Source: Bacteroidota bacterium (GTDB lineage Bacteria; Pseudomonadota; Alphaproteobacteria; Rhodospirillales; Magnetospirillaceae). Taken from it: a stretch of DNA of 64,000 bases. A program made the position numbers and the translations under genes. Positions 47,736-56,601 of this stretch are shown here, piece after piece (position 1 is the first letter of the stretch; the number at the start of each line of letters is the position of its first letter). Under the pieces are notes generated by a model. That model was not told the DNA's origin, searched no databases, and saw nothing but the letters and a program-made list of their open reading frames with translations. The stretch spans positions 33,060 through 97,059 of the forward strand of contig JBLNBE010000066.1 of assembly GCA_050259735.1 (NCBI GenBank). The letters run 5' to 3'.

Positions 47736-49571
47736 ATGTCCTGGACTGTCAAAGAAAACATTCCGCCCCGCCCCGAGAGCATTTTCGACATCATCGAGGG
47801 CGACCCGGCGGAGGTGAAGACGCTGGAACTCAGCGAGAGAGGTTTGGAGGTCCTGCCCGACGATATCGAGCGCTTGATCAACCTCACGGGTCTCTTTGTT
47901 CGCGGTAATCGGCTGAGCGATTTACCTCTAACGCTGGCTCGCTTGCCAAGTCTGCGCTACCTGTCTGTTGCATCGAACGCGGTGAGTGCATTTCCGCCTG
48001 TATTGTTGCTGATGTCAGGTTTGGTGAGCCTCAATCTTGCCTATAACCCGCTGACCGTGATCCCACGTGAAATTGCCGCCTTGCAGGATCTGAGGCAGCT
48101 TTGGCTTTACCAAATTGATGCCGAAGATTTGCCGGTGGAAATCGGTGAACTGCCGCTGGACAGTTTCGGACTTTCCGTCTGGACCGCAGCGTCGCAAGTC
48201 ATCCTGGCACGCCTGACAACGCTGCAATCGTTGACCCTTGACCGCATCGGACCAGCCGAGGTCGAGGCGGCGCTAGCCCTAGCGCCAGCCGATTTGCGCG
48301 ATTTGACCTTGATGCACAATGGCCTGGAGTCCATGCCGGCGGCGGTGGGGCGCATGGAGCTTACAGCCCTTCAGCTCTATGGACAGAAGCTCTCCGCGTT
48401 CCCTGATATCCAGCCTCTGAGCCAATTAACGAATCTTGCCCTGGCTTTCAATGGGCTGACCGAAATCCCGCCGTGGATCGGGTCATTATCCACGCTCCGC
48501 AGCCTGTACCTCGCCGGCAACAAAATTCGCACGTTACCCCGCGCGCTTGCGGATCTGGGTGACGATTTCTCCCTTTACCTTAGCGGCAATCCGCTCGAGC
48601 CACCGCTCGACACCTTAGCTCAACAGGGCACCCCAGCGCTGTTCTCCTATCTGCGCAGCCTGCCCGACCAGGCGCCGGTCGAGGCAACAGATCCAGAACG
48701 TGTCACCCGCGAATTGCCGGAACAGCGTCCGGCGCCGCTAGCGGCGCGCATTGTCGATGGCCGCTTGACCCTCGCCCGAACCGCTCCGCCCGAGGAGGTC
48801 GATGAGCAGGAGCTGGCGGTCATGCACGCCGAAGTGCGCGATTGGGGGTTGGGAACTCTCACGCGCGTTTCGAATAATCATCCGCTGCTCTATGGGATGA
48901 TCGAACGGTATCTCGAGCTTCTCGGCGAGAACGTCGAGGACATGGAAATTTTGCCACTCGGCTTTGCCGCCAATCGCCTTGAGTGTCTTCTCGATAAGTA
49001 TTTCGAGGAAGATGGACGCGATCCGCTGTCGATGGAACAGCGCGGTATGTGTGAGGCGCTGCTTGGCAATCATGGGATGATGATCAACTGGACGAAGCAG
49101 TGGCAGGACTACAAGAAGAAGGCCGAAAGCACGCCACTGAGTGCGGAAGCTGTCGGTCAGATTCACGGCCTTCTGAGTCATTTGGCTGCAGCGCTGCGAC
49201 AGGACCGTGACGCCGTCGACCCGGCTGTGCCTGCGGCCTTGACGGAGATTGCCGCCGCTGCCGCCCCTGCCGACAATCCCGATGCGCTAGCCTCGCAAGG
49301 AGCCGCCGATTCACTGCACAACACCCTGTCGCCGCTGGCGAGGGCGGCGCTGTTGATCACCAAAGAGGATCGTGCAGAGGCACGCAAAACCATGGTGCGC
49401 TGGGTAACCAACACCGCAATTGGCGGGGGCGTTACTCTTGCGGTCGTGGGCGGATCGTTTTTTCTGAGCCATCCCGTGGATCTCCTCGCGCTTGCCCAAC
49501 TCCTGCCGTCGGAGTTCTCGTGGCTGAGGCAGGTGATAGCGGCCCTTAGGGCAATGAGTAGCAACACGTAG
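47736..49571 (+). CDS. Leucine-rich-repeat protein with unassigned C-terminal ~300-aa domain and C-terminal hydrophobic segment
   Basis: ATG at 47736 (the track ORF starts at TTG 47724). About eleven LxxLxLxxNxLxxLPxxI repeats (LELSERGLEVLPDDIERLINLTGLFVRGNRLSDLP...), cap NPLEPPLDTLAQQGTPALFSYLRSL, then non-repetitive sequence. Visibly lower G+C than its neighbours. Confidence 0.8.
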   Translation: MSWTVKENIPPRPESIFDIIEGDPAEVKTLELSERGLEVLPDDIERLINLTGLFVRGNRLSDLPLTLARLPSLRYLSVASNAVSAFPPVLLLMSGLVSLNLAYNPLTVIPREIAALQDLRQLWLYQIDAEDLPVEIGELPLDSFGLSVWTAASQVILARLTTLQSLTLDRIGPAEVEAALALAPADLRDLTLMHNGLESMPAAVGRMELTALQLYGQKLSAFPDIQPLSQLTNLALAFNGLTEIPPWIGSLSTLRSLYLAGNKIRTLPRALADLGDDFSLYLSGNPLEPPLDTLAQQGTPALFSYLRSLPDQAPVEATDPERVTRELPEQRPAPLAARIVDGRLTLARTAPPEEVDEQELAVMHAEVRDWGLGTLTRVSNNHPLLYGMIERYLELLGENVEDMEILPLGFAANRLECLLDKYFEEDGRDPLSMEQRGMCEALLGNHGMMINWTKQWQDYKKKAESTPLSAEAVGQIHGLLSHLAAALRQDRDAVDPAVPAALTEIAAAAAPADNPDALASQGAADSLHNTLSPLARAALLITKEDRAEARKTMVRWVTNTAIGGGVTLAVVGGSFFLSHPVDLLALAQLLPSEFSWLRQVIAALRAMSSNT

Positions 49572-49640
49572 GCCATGGCGCCGCGCCGCCACCCTCCCTA
49601 CATCTTTCCCTAGGCCCCGCTCTCGCGCCTGGAGGAAACC

Positions 49641-52298
49641 ATGCCTGGCCGTGACACCCTGAACGTTCGCCGCACCCTGACGGTGGGCGGCCGCGCTTAC
49701 GATTATTTCGATCTCACGGCTGCCGCTGCGCAGATCGGCGATGTTTCGCGGCTTCCCTTCACCATCAAGGTGCTGTTGGAAAACCTGTTGCGGCACGAGG
49801 ACGGGCGCAGCGTCACGGTGGAGGACGTCAAGGCGGTGGCGGCATGGGGCGACACCTGCGGCCGGTGCGAGCGCGAGATCGCCTATCGCCCGGCGCGGGT
49901 GCTGATGCAGGATTTCACCGGCGTGCCGGCGGTGGTGGACTTGGCCGCCATGCGCGACGCGGTGGCGAAATTGGGCGGTGATCCGGCGCGCATCAATCCG
50001 CTGGTGCCGGTGGATCTGGTCATCGACCACTCGGTGATGGTGGATTTCTACGGCACCCCCGACGCGCTGGCCCGCAACATGGAGCTGGAATTCAGCCGCA
50101 ACGGCGAGCGCTATGCCTTCCTGCGCTGGGGGGCGGTTGCCTTCGACAATTTCCGCGTGGTGCCGCCCGGCACCGGCATTTGCCATCAGGTCAATTGCGA
50201 GTATCTCGCCCGGGTGGTGTGGAGTGCTGACGGCATCGTCTATCCCGACACCCTGGTCGGCACCGACAGCCACACCACCATGGTCAACGGCATGGCGGTG
50301 CTGGGTTGGGGTGTCGGCGGCATCGAGGCCGAGGCGGCCATGCTGGGCCAGCCCATTTCCATGCTGATCCCCGAAGTCATCGGTTTTCGCCTGTCGGGCG
50401 CGCTGCGTGAGGGTGTTACCGCCACCGATCTGGTGCTGACGGTGACGCAGATGTTGCGGGCCAAGGGCGTGGTCGGCAAGTTCGTCGAATTCTTCGGCCC
50501 CGGCCTGGAATCCATGGCCCTGCCCGACCGCCTGACCATCGGCAACATGGCGCCCGAATACGGCGCCACCTGCGGTTTCTTTCCGATCGATGCCGAAACG
50601 ATTCGCTTTTTGCGCTTCACCGGGCGCGAGTCGGAGCAGGTGGCGCTGGTCGAGGCCTATGCCCGCGCCCAGGGGCTGTGGCGCGACGCGACGACGCCCG
50701 ACCCGCTGTTCACCGATACGCTGGAGCTGGACCTGGCCGCCGTCGAGCCGTCGCTGGCCGGTCCCAAGCGGCCGCAGGACCGGGTGGCGCTGGCGAGCGC
50801 CAAGGCCGGCTTCGCCGCCAGCCATCCCGGTGCCGATCTTGCCGCCAAGGTGGCGCTGTCGGACGGGCGCGGCAGCATCGGTGCCGGCGACGTGGTCATT
50901 GCCGCCATCACCTCGTGCACCAACACCTCGAACCCCAACGTCATGCTGGCGGCCGGCCTGGTGGCGAAAAAGGCGGTGGAGCGCGGCCTGCGCACCAAGC
51001 CGTGGGTCAAGACCTCGCTGGCGCCCGGCAGCCAGGTGGTGCCCGACTACCTGAAGGCGGCGGGGGTGCAGAACGCGCTGGATGCGCTGGGCTTCACCAT
51101 CGCCGGCTTCGGCTGCACCACCTGTATCGGTAATTCCGGGCCGCTGGACGAACCCATCGCCAATGCCATCGACGACAACGATCTGGTGGTGGCGGCGGTG
51201 TTGTCGGGTAACCGCAATTTCGAAGGCCGTATCAGCCCGCATGTGAAGGCCAATTACCTGGCCTCGCCGCCGCTGGTGGTGGCCTATGCCCTGGCCGGCA
51301 CCATGAACCTGGACCTGACCACCGAACCGCTGGGCCAAGGTGCCGACGGGCAACCGGTGTTCCTGCGGGACATCTGGCCCAGCGCCGCCGAGGTCCAGGC
51401 CACCGTCGCCGCCGCGCTCAGCCCCGAATCCTATCGCCAGCGCTATGCCGACGTCTTCGCCGGCCCGCCGGCATGGCGGCAGGTCGCGGTGGCGACCGGG
51501 CGGACCTATGCCTGGGACGGCGCCTCGACCTACATCAACAATCCGCCCTATTTCGATGACATGACGAAACAACCGTCGGGGGCGGTGACCGACATCGTCG
51601 GCGCCCGGCCGCTGGCCATCCTGGGCGATTCCATCACCACCGACCATATCAGCCCGGCCGGCAGCATCAAGAAGACCAGCCCGGCCGGGCGCTGGCTGAC
51701 CGAACACGGCGTCGCCCAGGCGGATTTCAATTCCTATGGCGCCCGACGCGGCCACGATCAGGTGATGACGCGCGGCACCTTCGCCAATGTCCGCATCAAG
51801 AACGAGATGGTGCCCGGCATCGAGGGCGGCGCCACCAAATTCAAGGGCGAAGGCGAGGTGATCGCCATCTACGACGCCGCCATGCTGTACAAGGACGAGG
51901 GCATTCCCCTGGTGGTGATCGCCGGCAAGGAATACGGCACCGGCTCTAGCCGCGACTGGGCGGCCAAGGGCACGGCGTTGCTGGGGGTCAAGGCGGTGAT
52001 CGCCGAAAGCTTCGAGCGCATCCACCGCTCCAACCTAGTCGGCATGGGCGTGCTGCCGCTGCAATTCATGGCCGGCACCGACCGCAAGGTGCTCGCGCTG
52101 AACGGTACCGAAACGTTCTCCATCACCGGCCTGACCGCCGGGCTGAAGCCGCGCCAGACGCTGACTCTGGAAATCACCCGTGCCGACGGCAGGCGGGACT
52201 CGGTGCCGCTGCTCAGCCGCATCGACACCGTGGACGAGGTCGATTACTTCCGCCACGGCGGGATATTGCACTATGTTCTGCGCAGTCTGGCGGGGTAG
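49641..52298 (+). CDS. acnA: Aconitate hydratase A
   Basis: 885 aa, preceded by [56 protein letters not shown] and SGNRNFEGR are typical of the AcnA/IRP family. Confidence 0.95.
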   Translation: MPGRDTLNVRRTLTVGGRAYDYFDLTAAAAQIGDVSRLPFTIKVLLENLLRHEDGRSVTVEDVKAVAAWGDTCGRCEREIAYRPARVLMQDFTGVPAVVDLAAMRDAVAKLGGDPARINPLVPVDLVIDHSVMVDFYGTPDALARNMELEFSRNGERYAFLRWGAVAFDNFRVVPPGTGICHQVNCEYLARVVWSADGIVYPDTLVGTDSHTTMVNGMAVLGWGVGGIEAEAAMLGQPISMLIPEVIGFRLSGALREGVTATDLVLTVTQMLRAKGVVGKFVEFFGPGLESMALPDRLTIGNMAPEYGATCGFFPIDAETIRFLRFTGRESEQVALVEAYARAQGLWRDATTPDPLFTDTLELDLAAVEPSLAGPKRPQDRVALASAKAGFAASHPGADLAAKVALSDGRGSIGAGDVVIAAITSCTNTSNPNVMLAAGLVAKKAVERGLRTKPWVKTSLAPGSQVVPDYLKAAGVQNALDALGFTIAGFGCTTCIGNSGPLDEPIANAIDDNDLVVAAVLSGNRNFEGRISPHVKANYLASPPLVVAYALAGTMNLDLTTEPLGQGADGQPVFLRDIWPSAAEVQATVAAALSPESYRQRYADVFAGPPAWRQVAVATGRTYAWDGASTYINNPPYFDDMTKQPSGAVTDIVGARPLAILGDSITTDHISPAGSIKKTSPAGRWLTEHGVAQADFNSYGARRGHDQVMTRGTFANVRIKNEMVPGIEGGATKFKGEGEVIAIYDAAMLYKDEGIPLVVIAGKEYGTGSSRDWAAKGTALLGVKAVIAESFERIHRSNLVGMGVLPLQFMAGTDRKVLALNGTETFSITGLTAGLKPRQTLTLEITRADGRRDSVPLLSRIDTVDEVDYFRHGGILHYVLRSLAG

Positions 52299-52308
52299 CG
52301 TTTGTTCC

Positions 52309-52467
52309 GGGAACACAGGTGAAAATTCCGCCTCTGTGTTCCCCCTATGCCGGGGCGCAAAAAAACCCGTCATTCCCGCGAAAGCGGGAATCCATGCGTC
52401 CGCCGCTCGGCATTTTGTGGCAGGCATTCAATCCCGCCCCGACATGGACACCCGCTTTCGCGGGTGT
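52309..52467. repeat. Three REP-type hairpins between convergent acnA and gpt
   Basis: GGGAACACAG(52309-52318)...CTGTGTTCCC(52334-52343). ATTCCCGC-gaaa-GCGGGAAT (52372-52391). ACACCCGC-tttc-GCGGGTGT (52448-52467). Confidence 0.7.
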
Positions 52468-52510
52468 GACGCTGAAAGGGGGGGCGCGATTTTATAGAAA
52501 CGCGAGTTCC

Positions 52511-52981
52511 TTAGCTCCCCTTGCCTGGCGGGTCCCACGGGAAGCTGATCCAGGTGGTTTGGGCGAAGACGGTGGCGAAGCTGTCGACCAACGGCTGGCC
52601 CTGCGGCTTGGCATAGATGGTGGCGAAGTGGGCCTTGGGCAGCATGGTGCGCAGCACCTGCAGCGTGGCGCCGGTGTCGACCAGATCGTCCACCACCAGC
52701 CAGCCGGCGCCGTCGCCGACCATGGACTCGGCCAGCGCCTTGATGATACGCGGCTCACGGATGTCGCGGTCGTCATAGGTGGAGACGCCGACGGTCTCCA
52801 CCACCTGGATGTCCAGTTCCCGCGCCAGGATGGCGGCCGGCACCAGCCCGCCCCGCGTCACCGCTACGATGCCGGTGAACGGCGGCAGTTCGGCCAGCAT
52901 GTCGGCCAGGATGCGGGTGTCGCGCTGGACGTCGGCCCAGGACAGCGGCAGGGTCGAAAGGGTGTGGTCGTGCGCGCTCAT
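52511..52981 (-). CDS. gpt: Xanthine-guanine phosphoribosyltransferase
   Basis: Collinear with E. coli Gpt as I recall it: IVAVTRGGLVPAAILARELDI, PRPP loop WLVVDDLVDTGATL, KAHFATIYAKPQGQPLVD. Confidence 0.9.
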   Translation of the reverse strand: MSAHDHTLSTLPLSWADVQRDTRILADMLAELPPFTGIVAVTRGGLVPAAILARELDIQVVETVGVSTYDDRDIREPRIIKALAESMVGDGAGWLVVDDLVDTGATLQVLRTMLPKAHFATIYAKPQGQPLVDSFATVFAQTTWISFPWDPPGKGS

Positions 52982-53125
52982 GGCGGATGCTCCGTGATGA
53001 CAGGCGCATTACATACCGGGAATTCCGGCGAATTCAAATTTTCCTAGACCTCCACTGGACGGCCCGGACCCCGATACGCGATAAAGGGGCAGCCTGACGC
53101 ACCGTTCAAGGGGACAGGACAGGAA

Positions 53126-54718
53126 ATGCTGAATACGCCCATGGGCCGGCGGGGGATGATCACCACTCCGCACCACCTCGCCTCGCAAGCGGGGCTGGCG
53201 GTTCTGCGCGACGGCGGCAACGCCATCGAGGCGGCCATCGCCGCCGCCGCTACTCTGTCGGTGGTCACTCCGCACATGACCGGCCTGGGCGGCGACGGCT
53301 TTTGGTTGATCGCCGAGCCGGGCAAGCCGCCGGTGTCCATCGACGGCTCGGGCGCCTCGGGCGGGCGGGTCGAGCGCGACCTCTATCGCGCCGAGAAGCT
53401 GAAGGCGGTGCCCGCGCGCGGCGGACTGGCGGCCAATACGGTGGCCGGCGCGGTGTCGGGCTGGCAATTGGCGCTGGACGTGTCCGAGCAATGGGGCGGC
53501 GGCATGCCGCTGGAGCGTCTGTTCGAGGATGCCATCCACTATGCCCGGGAAGGCTCGGCGGTCACCGTCCATCAGGAAGCCGCCACCCGGCGCAATCTGG
53601 CGGTGTTGAAAAAGGCGCCCGGCTTCGCGCAAACGTTTCTTGTCCGCAACAAGGCCCCGGCGGTGGGCGCGGTGCTGGCCCAGCCGGCGCTGGCGGCGAC
53701 GCTGGAGCGCTTGGCCGAGGTCGGGCTGGACGATTTCTATCGCGGCGACATCGCCCAAACCATGGCCGAGGATCTGCGCGACGCCGGTTCGCCGCTGAAA
53801 TCCGAGGATCTGGCCCGCCATCGCGGCATGCGCCGCCGGCCGTTGTCGCTGGCGCTGTCCGTCGGCACGCTGTTCAACACCGCCCCGCCGACGCAAGGGC
53901 TGGCCTCGCTGATCCTGCTGGGCGTGTTCCAGCGCTTGGGCGTCACCACCCCCGACGAGGCGGCATGGGTGCATGGCCTGGTCGAGGCGACCAAGATCGC
54001 CACGCGGGTTCGCGATGCCCACGTCACCGACCCGCATCGCATGTCGGTGCACGCCACCACCTATCTGTCCGACCATCTGCTGGATCGGCTGGCCAGCGAG
54101 GTCGACCCCGGCCGCGCCCAGGCGTCGACCCAGGTGCTGCAGGACGGCGACACCATCTGGCTGGGCGTCATCGACGGCCAGGGCCGCGCCGTCAGCTTCA
54201 TCCAAAGCCTGTTCCACGCCTTCGGCTCGGGCGTGGTGCTGCCGCAAAGCGGCATCGTCTGGCACAATCGCGGCGTCTCGTTCTCGCTCGACCCCGAGCA
54301 CCGCAACGCGTTGGAGCCACGGCGCAAGCCCTTCCATACCCTGTCGCCCGCCCTGGCCCGGCTCAAGGACGGCCGCACCATGGTATGGGGCAGCATGGGC
54401 GGCGACTCGCAGCCGCAGATCCAGGCGCAAATCTTCGCCCGCGCCATCCTGGGCGGCCAGCCGCTGCAGGCGGCAGTGACCGCGCCGCGCTTCGTCTATG
54501 GCCGCAGCGTCGACGGCCAGCCCAACACCGATCTCAAGCTCGAAGCGCGCTTCAGCCCGGAATTGGTGGCGGAACTGGCTGGGCTGGGCCATATGGTGGA
54601 AAGCGTGGCGCCGTTCGATTCGCTGATGGGCCATGCCGGCGCCCTGATCCGCCGGAGCGATGGCCTGATCGAGGGGGCCGCCGATCCCCGAGCCGACGGC
54701 TGCGCCGCCGGCTGGTAG
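53126..54718 (+). CDS. ggt: Gamma-glutamyltransferase-family (Ntn hydrolase) protein, no signal peptide
   Basis: GGNAIEAAIAAAATLSVVTPHMTGLGGDGFW. Autoprocessing/nucleophile context DGDTIWLGVIDGQG. SPALARLKDG...WGSMGGDSQPQ. Confidence 0.8.
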   Translation: MLNTPMGRRGMITTPHHLASQAGLAVLRDGGNAIEAAIAAAATLSVVTPHMTGLGGDGFWLIAEPGKPPVSIDGSGASGGRVERDLYRAEKLKAVPARGGLAANTVAGAVSGWQLALDVSEQWGGGMPLERLFEDAIHYAREGSAVTVHQEAATRRNLAVLKKAPGFAQTFLVRNKAPAVGAVLAQPALAATLERLAEVGLDDFYRGDIAQTMAEDLRDAGSPLKSEDLARHRGMRRRPLSLALSVGTLFNTAPPTQGLASLILLGVFQRLGVTTPDEAAWVHGLVEATKIATRVRDAHVTDPHRMSVHATTYLSDHLLDRLASEVDPGRAQASTQVLQDGDTIWLGVIDGQGRAVSFIQSLFHAFGSGVVLPQSGIVWHNRGVSFSLDPEHRNALEPRRKPFHTLSPALARLKDGRTMVWGSMGGDSQPQIQAQIFARAILGGQPLQAAVTAPRFVYGRSVDGQPNTDLKLEARFSPELVAELAGLGHMVESVAPFDSLMGHAGALIRRSDGLIEGAADPRADGCAAGW

Positions 54719-54744
54719 TTTATTTTGTAGAGGAAACGATCCCC

Positions 54745-55035
54745 ATGGAAATCGTGCTGGTGGGCATTTCGTCCCGCGACATCAACGAGCGCACGGTGTT
54801 CAACACCGGCCTGTCCACCGTCGGCCGTGGCGGCAATGACTATTTCTGCAGCCATTGCGGCCACAAGATGATGGCCGATTTCAGCCTGGACAAGCTGGAA
54901 GTGGATGTCGTTTTCCAGTGCGGCGCCTGCGGCGGCCACAACATCGCGCCCGAGCTGGAAGGCCGCAAGGTCGAACCCCCGCTCGTGGGCGAAGGCGTCG
55001 ATCCCGCTGCCGGCAACGGCGACCCCGCCGGCTGA
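54745..55035 (+). CDS. Small hypothetical protein with CxxC...CxxC zinc-ribbon-like motif
   Basis: 96 aa from ATG 54745, preceded by GAGGAAA. FCSHCGH and QCGACGG lie 22 residues apart. No family recognised. Confidence 0.45.
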   Translation: MEIVLVGISSRDINERTVFNTGLSTVGRGGNDYFCSHCGHKMMADFSLDKLEVDVVFQCGACGGHNIAPELEGRKVEPPLVGEGVDPAAGNGDPAG

Positions 55036-55047
55036 CCTTTTAGACCA

Positions 55048-56601
55048 TCAGGCCGACGCCAGCACGTTGGCGTCGTCGATCACCACGCGGTTGCGACCGG
55101 CTTTCTTGGCTTGGTACAGCGCCTGGTCGGCGCGGTTCAGCGCCGGCTCGATGTTGGCCTCGGCCTCGTTCCAGGCGGCGACGCCGATGCTGGCGGTGAC
55201 GCCGAACGGGGCGTCGGGGCCGGAAATCCGGGTGGTCGCGGTGGCCAGGCGCAGGCGTTCCGCCACCTGGGCGGCGGTCTCGACGTCGGTTTCCGGCAGC
55301 AGCACGCAGAACTCCTCGCCGCCATAGCGGGCCAGGATGTCGCCCTCGCGCAGGGCGGCCTGGCACAGGCGCACCAGCACCTTCAGCGTCTCGTCGCCGG
55401 CGGCGTGGCCGTGGGTGTCGTTGATCGCCTTGAAATGGTCGAGGTCGATCATCAACACCGACAGCGGCCGGCGTTGGCGCCGGGCCATGGCGGTGATCTG
55501 GGTCGCCAGCGCGCGCAGGTGGCGGCGGTTATAGGCGCCGGTCAGCGGGTCCTGGGCGGCCAACTTCTCCAGCCGGGCGTTGGCCTCGGCCAGTTCGCTG
55601 GTGCGGGCCTCGACCCGGGCTTCCAGGTGGGCGTTGATCTCGCGCAGGCGTTCGACCAGATCGACGTTGGCGAAGCCCACCGACAGCTTCGAGGCGAACA
55701 CTTCCAGCAGGGTGCGGTCCAGCTCGTCCAGCGGCTGGTCGGTTTCGACACAGGCGACGATGTCCTGGCTCATGTCGCCGGCCGCCGGAATGAACAACGC
55801 CATCAACTGGCCCTGATGGAGGCTTTGGCGTTCGGCATAGCAGCGCGTCACCACGTCGAACAGGCGGGCATCGGGCACCGCGTCGGCCAAGGGGCGATTG
55901 ATCGCCGGCTCGTAGGGGCCGGCGGCGGCCAGCACGTACAGATGTTCCTTGTCGGCGCCGCACAGGTTGCCGCGCTGGGCGCACAGGATGCCGGCCGGCT
56001 CGGCGCCGATGAAGGTGGCCAACTGGGTCAGCACGCCGGCGGCGAAATGCTTCAGGCTTTGCGCGCGGAACAGCGAATCCGACGTCTCGATGATCTGCTG
56101 CAGGCCGCGCCGGTTGGTTTCAAGCGCGGTGATGTCCTCGAAGGCGCGCAACGACGCGATCACCGTGGTGAACAGCTTTTGCGCCGTCAGCTCGGTCTTG
56201 GATTTGTAGTCGTTGATGTCGTAATCCAGGATCACCCGTTCTTCCGGCGCCTGGCCGGGCTGGCCGGTGCGCAGGATGATGCGCACCGCCTTGTTGCCCA
56301 GGGTTTCGCGGATGCGCCGGCTCAGCACCAGGCCGGCATCCTCGGTTTCCATCACCACGTCCAGCAGCACCACGGCGATGTCGTGGCGCTGGCGCAGCAG
56401 CGCCTCGGCCTCGGCGGCGGAAAAGGCGGACAGGAATTCCAGCGCGCGGCCCTTATAGCGCACCCTGGACAACGCCAGCCGGGTGACCGCGTGGACTGCG
56501 TCGTCGTCATCGACGATCAGCAGCGGCCAGCGGCGCTCGGCGGGGGCCTCGGCGGAACCCGGGGCGGCGATTTCGTTGGCAAACAGAAACGGTTCAGTCA
56601 T
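55048..56601 (-). CDS. Response regulator (receiver + DUF3369-like linker domain) fused to an active-looking GGDEF diguanylate cyclase
   Basis: From ATG 56601. LLIVDDDDAVHAV...VLLDVVMETEDAG...ILRTGQPG...DYDINDYKSK. GGDEF domain with I-site REGD five residues before GGEEF. Confidence 0.85.
   Translation of the reverse strand: MTEPFLFANEIAAPGSAEAPAERRWPLLIVDDDDAVHAVTRLALSRVRYKGRALEFLSAFSAAEAEALLRQRHDIAVVLLDVVMETEDAGLVLSRRIRETLGNKAVRIILRTGQPGQAPEERVILDYDINDYKSKTELTAQKLFTTVIASLRAFEDITALETNRRGLQQIIETSDSLFRAQSLKHFAAGVLTQLATFIGAEPAGILCAQRGNLCGADKEHLYVLAAAGPYEPAINRPLADAVPDARLFDVVTRCYAERQSLHQGQLMALFIPAAGDMSQDIVACVETDQPLDELDRTLLEVFASKLSVGFANVDLVERLREINAHLEARVEARTSELAEANARLEKLAAQDPLTGAYNRRHLRALATQITAMARRQRRPLSVLMIDLDHFKAINDTHGHAAGDETLKVLVRLCQAALREGDILARYGGEEFCVLLPETDVETAAQVAERLRLATATTRISGPDAPFGVTASIGVAAWNEAEANIEPALNRADQALYQAKKAGRNRVVIDDANVLASA

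Noticed and set aside
48650-49571. Tested the LRR protein C-terminal half for a NEL E3-ligase or Roc GTPase domain
   Set aside because: There is no CxD catalytic motif in a NEL-like context (the only candidate is GMCEALL) and no GxxxxGK[ST] P-loop.
47477-49640. Considered calling the LRR locus a genomic island or mobile element
   Set aside because: No integrase, transposase, tRNA target or flanking direct repeats are visible. Only atypical composition supports a foreign origin, so it is reported as a finding and not as a mobile_element feature.
49311-52025. 904-aa minus-strand ORF
   Set aside because: It is antisense to acnA.
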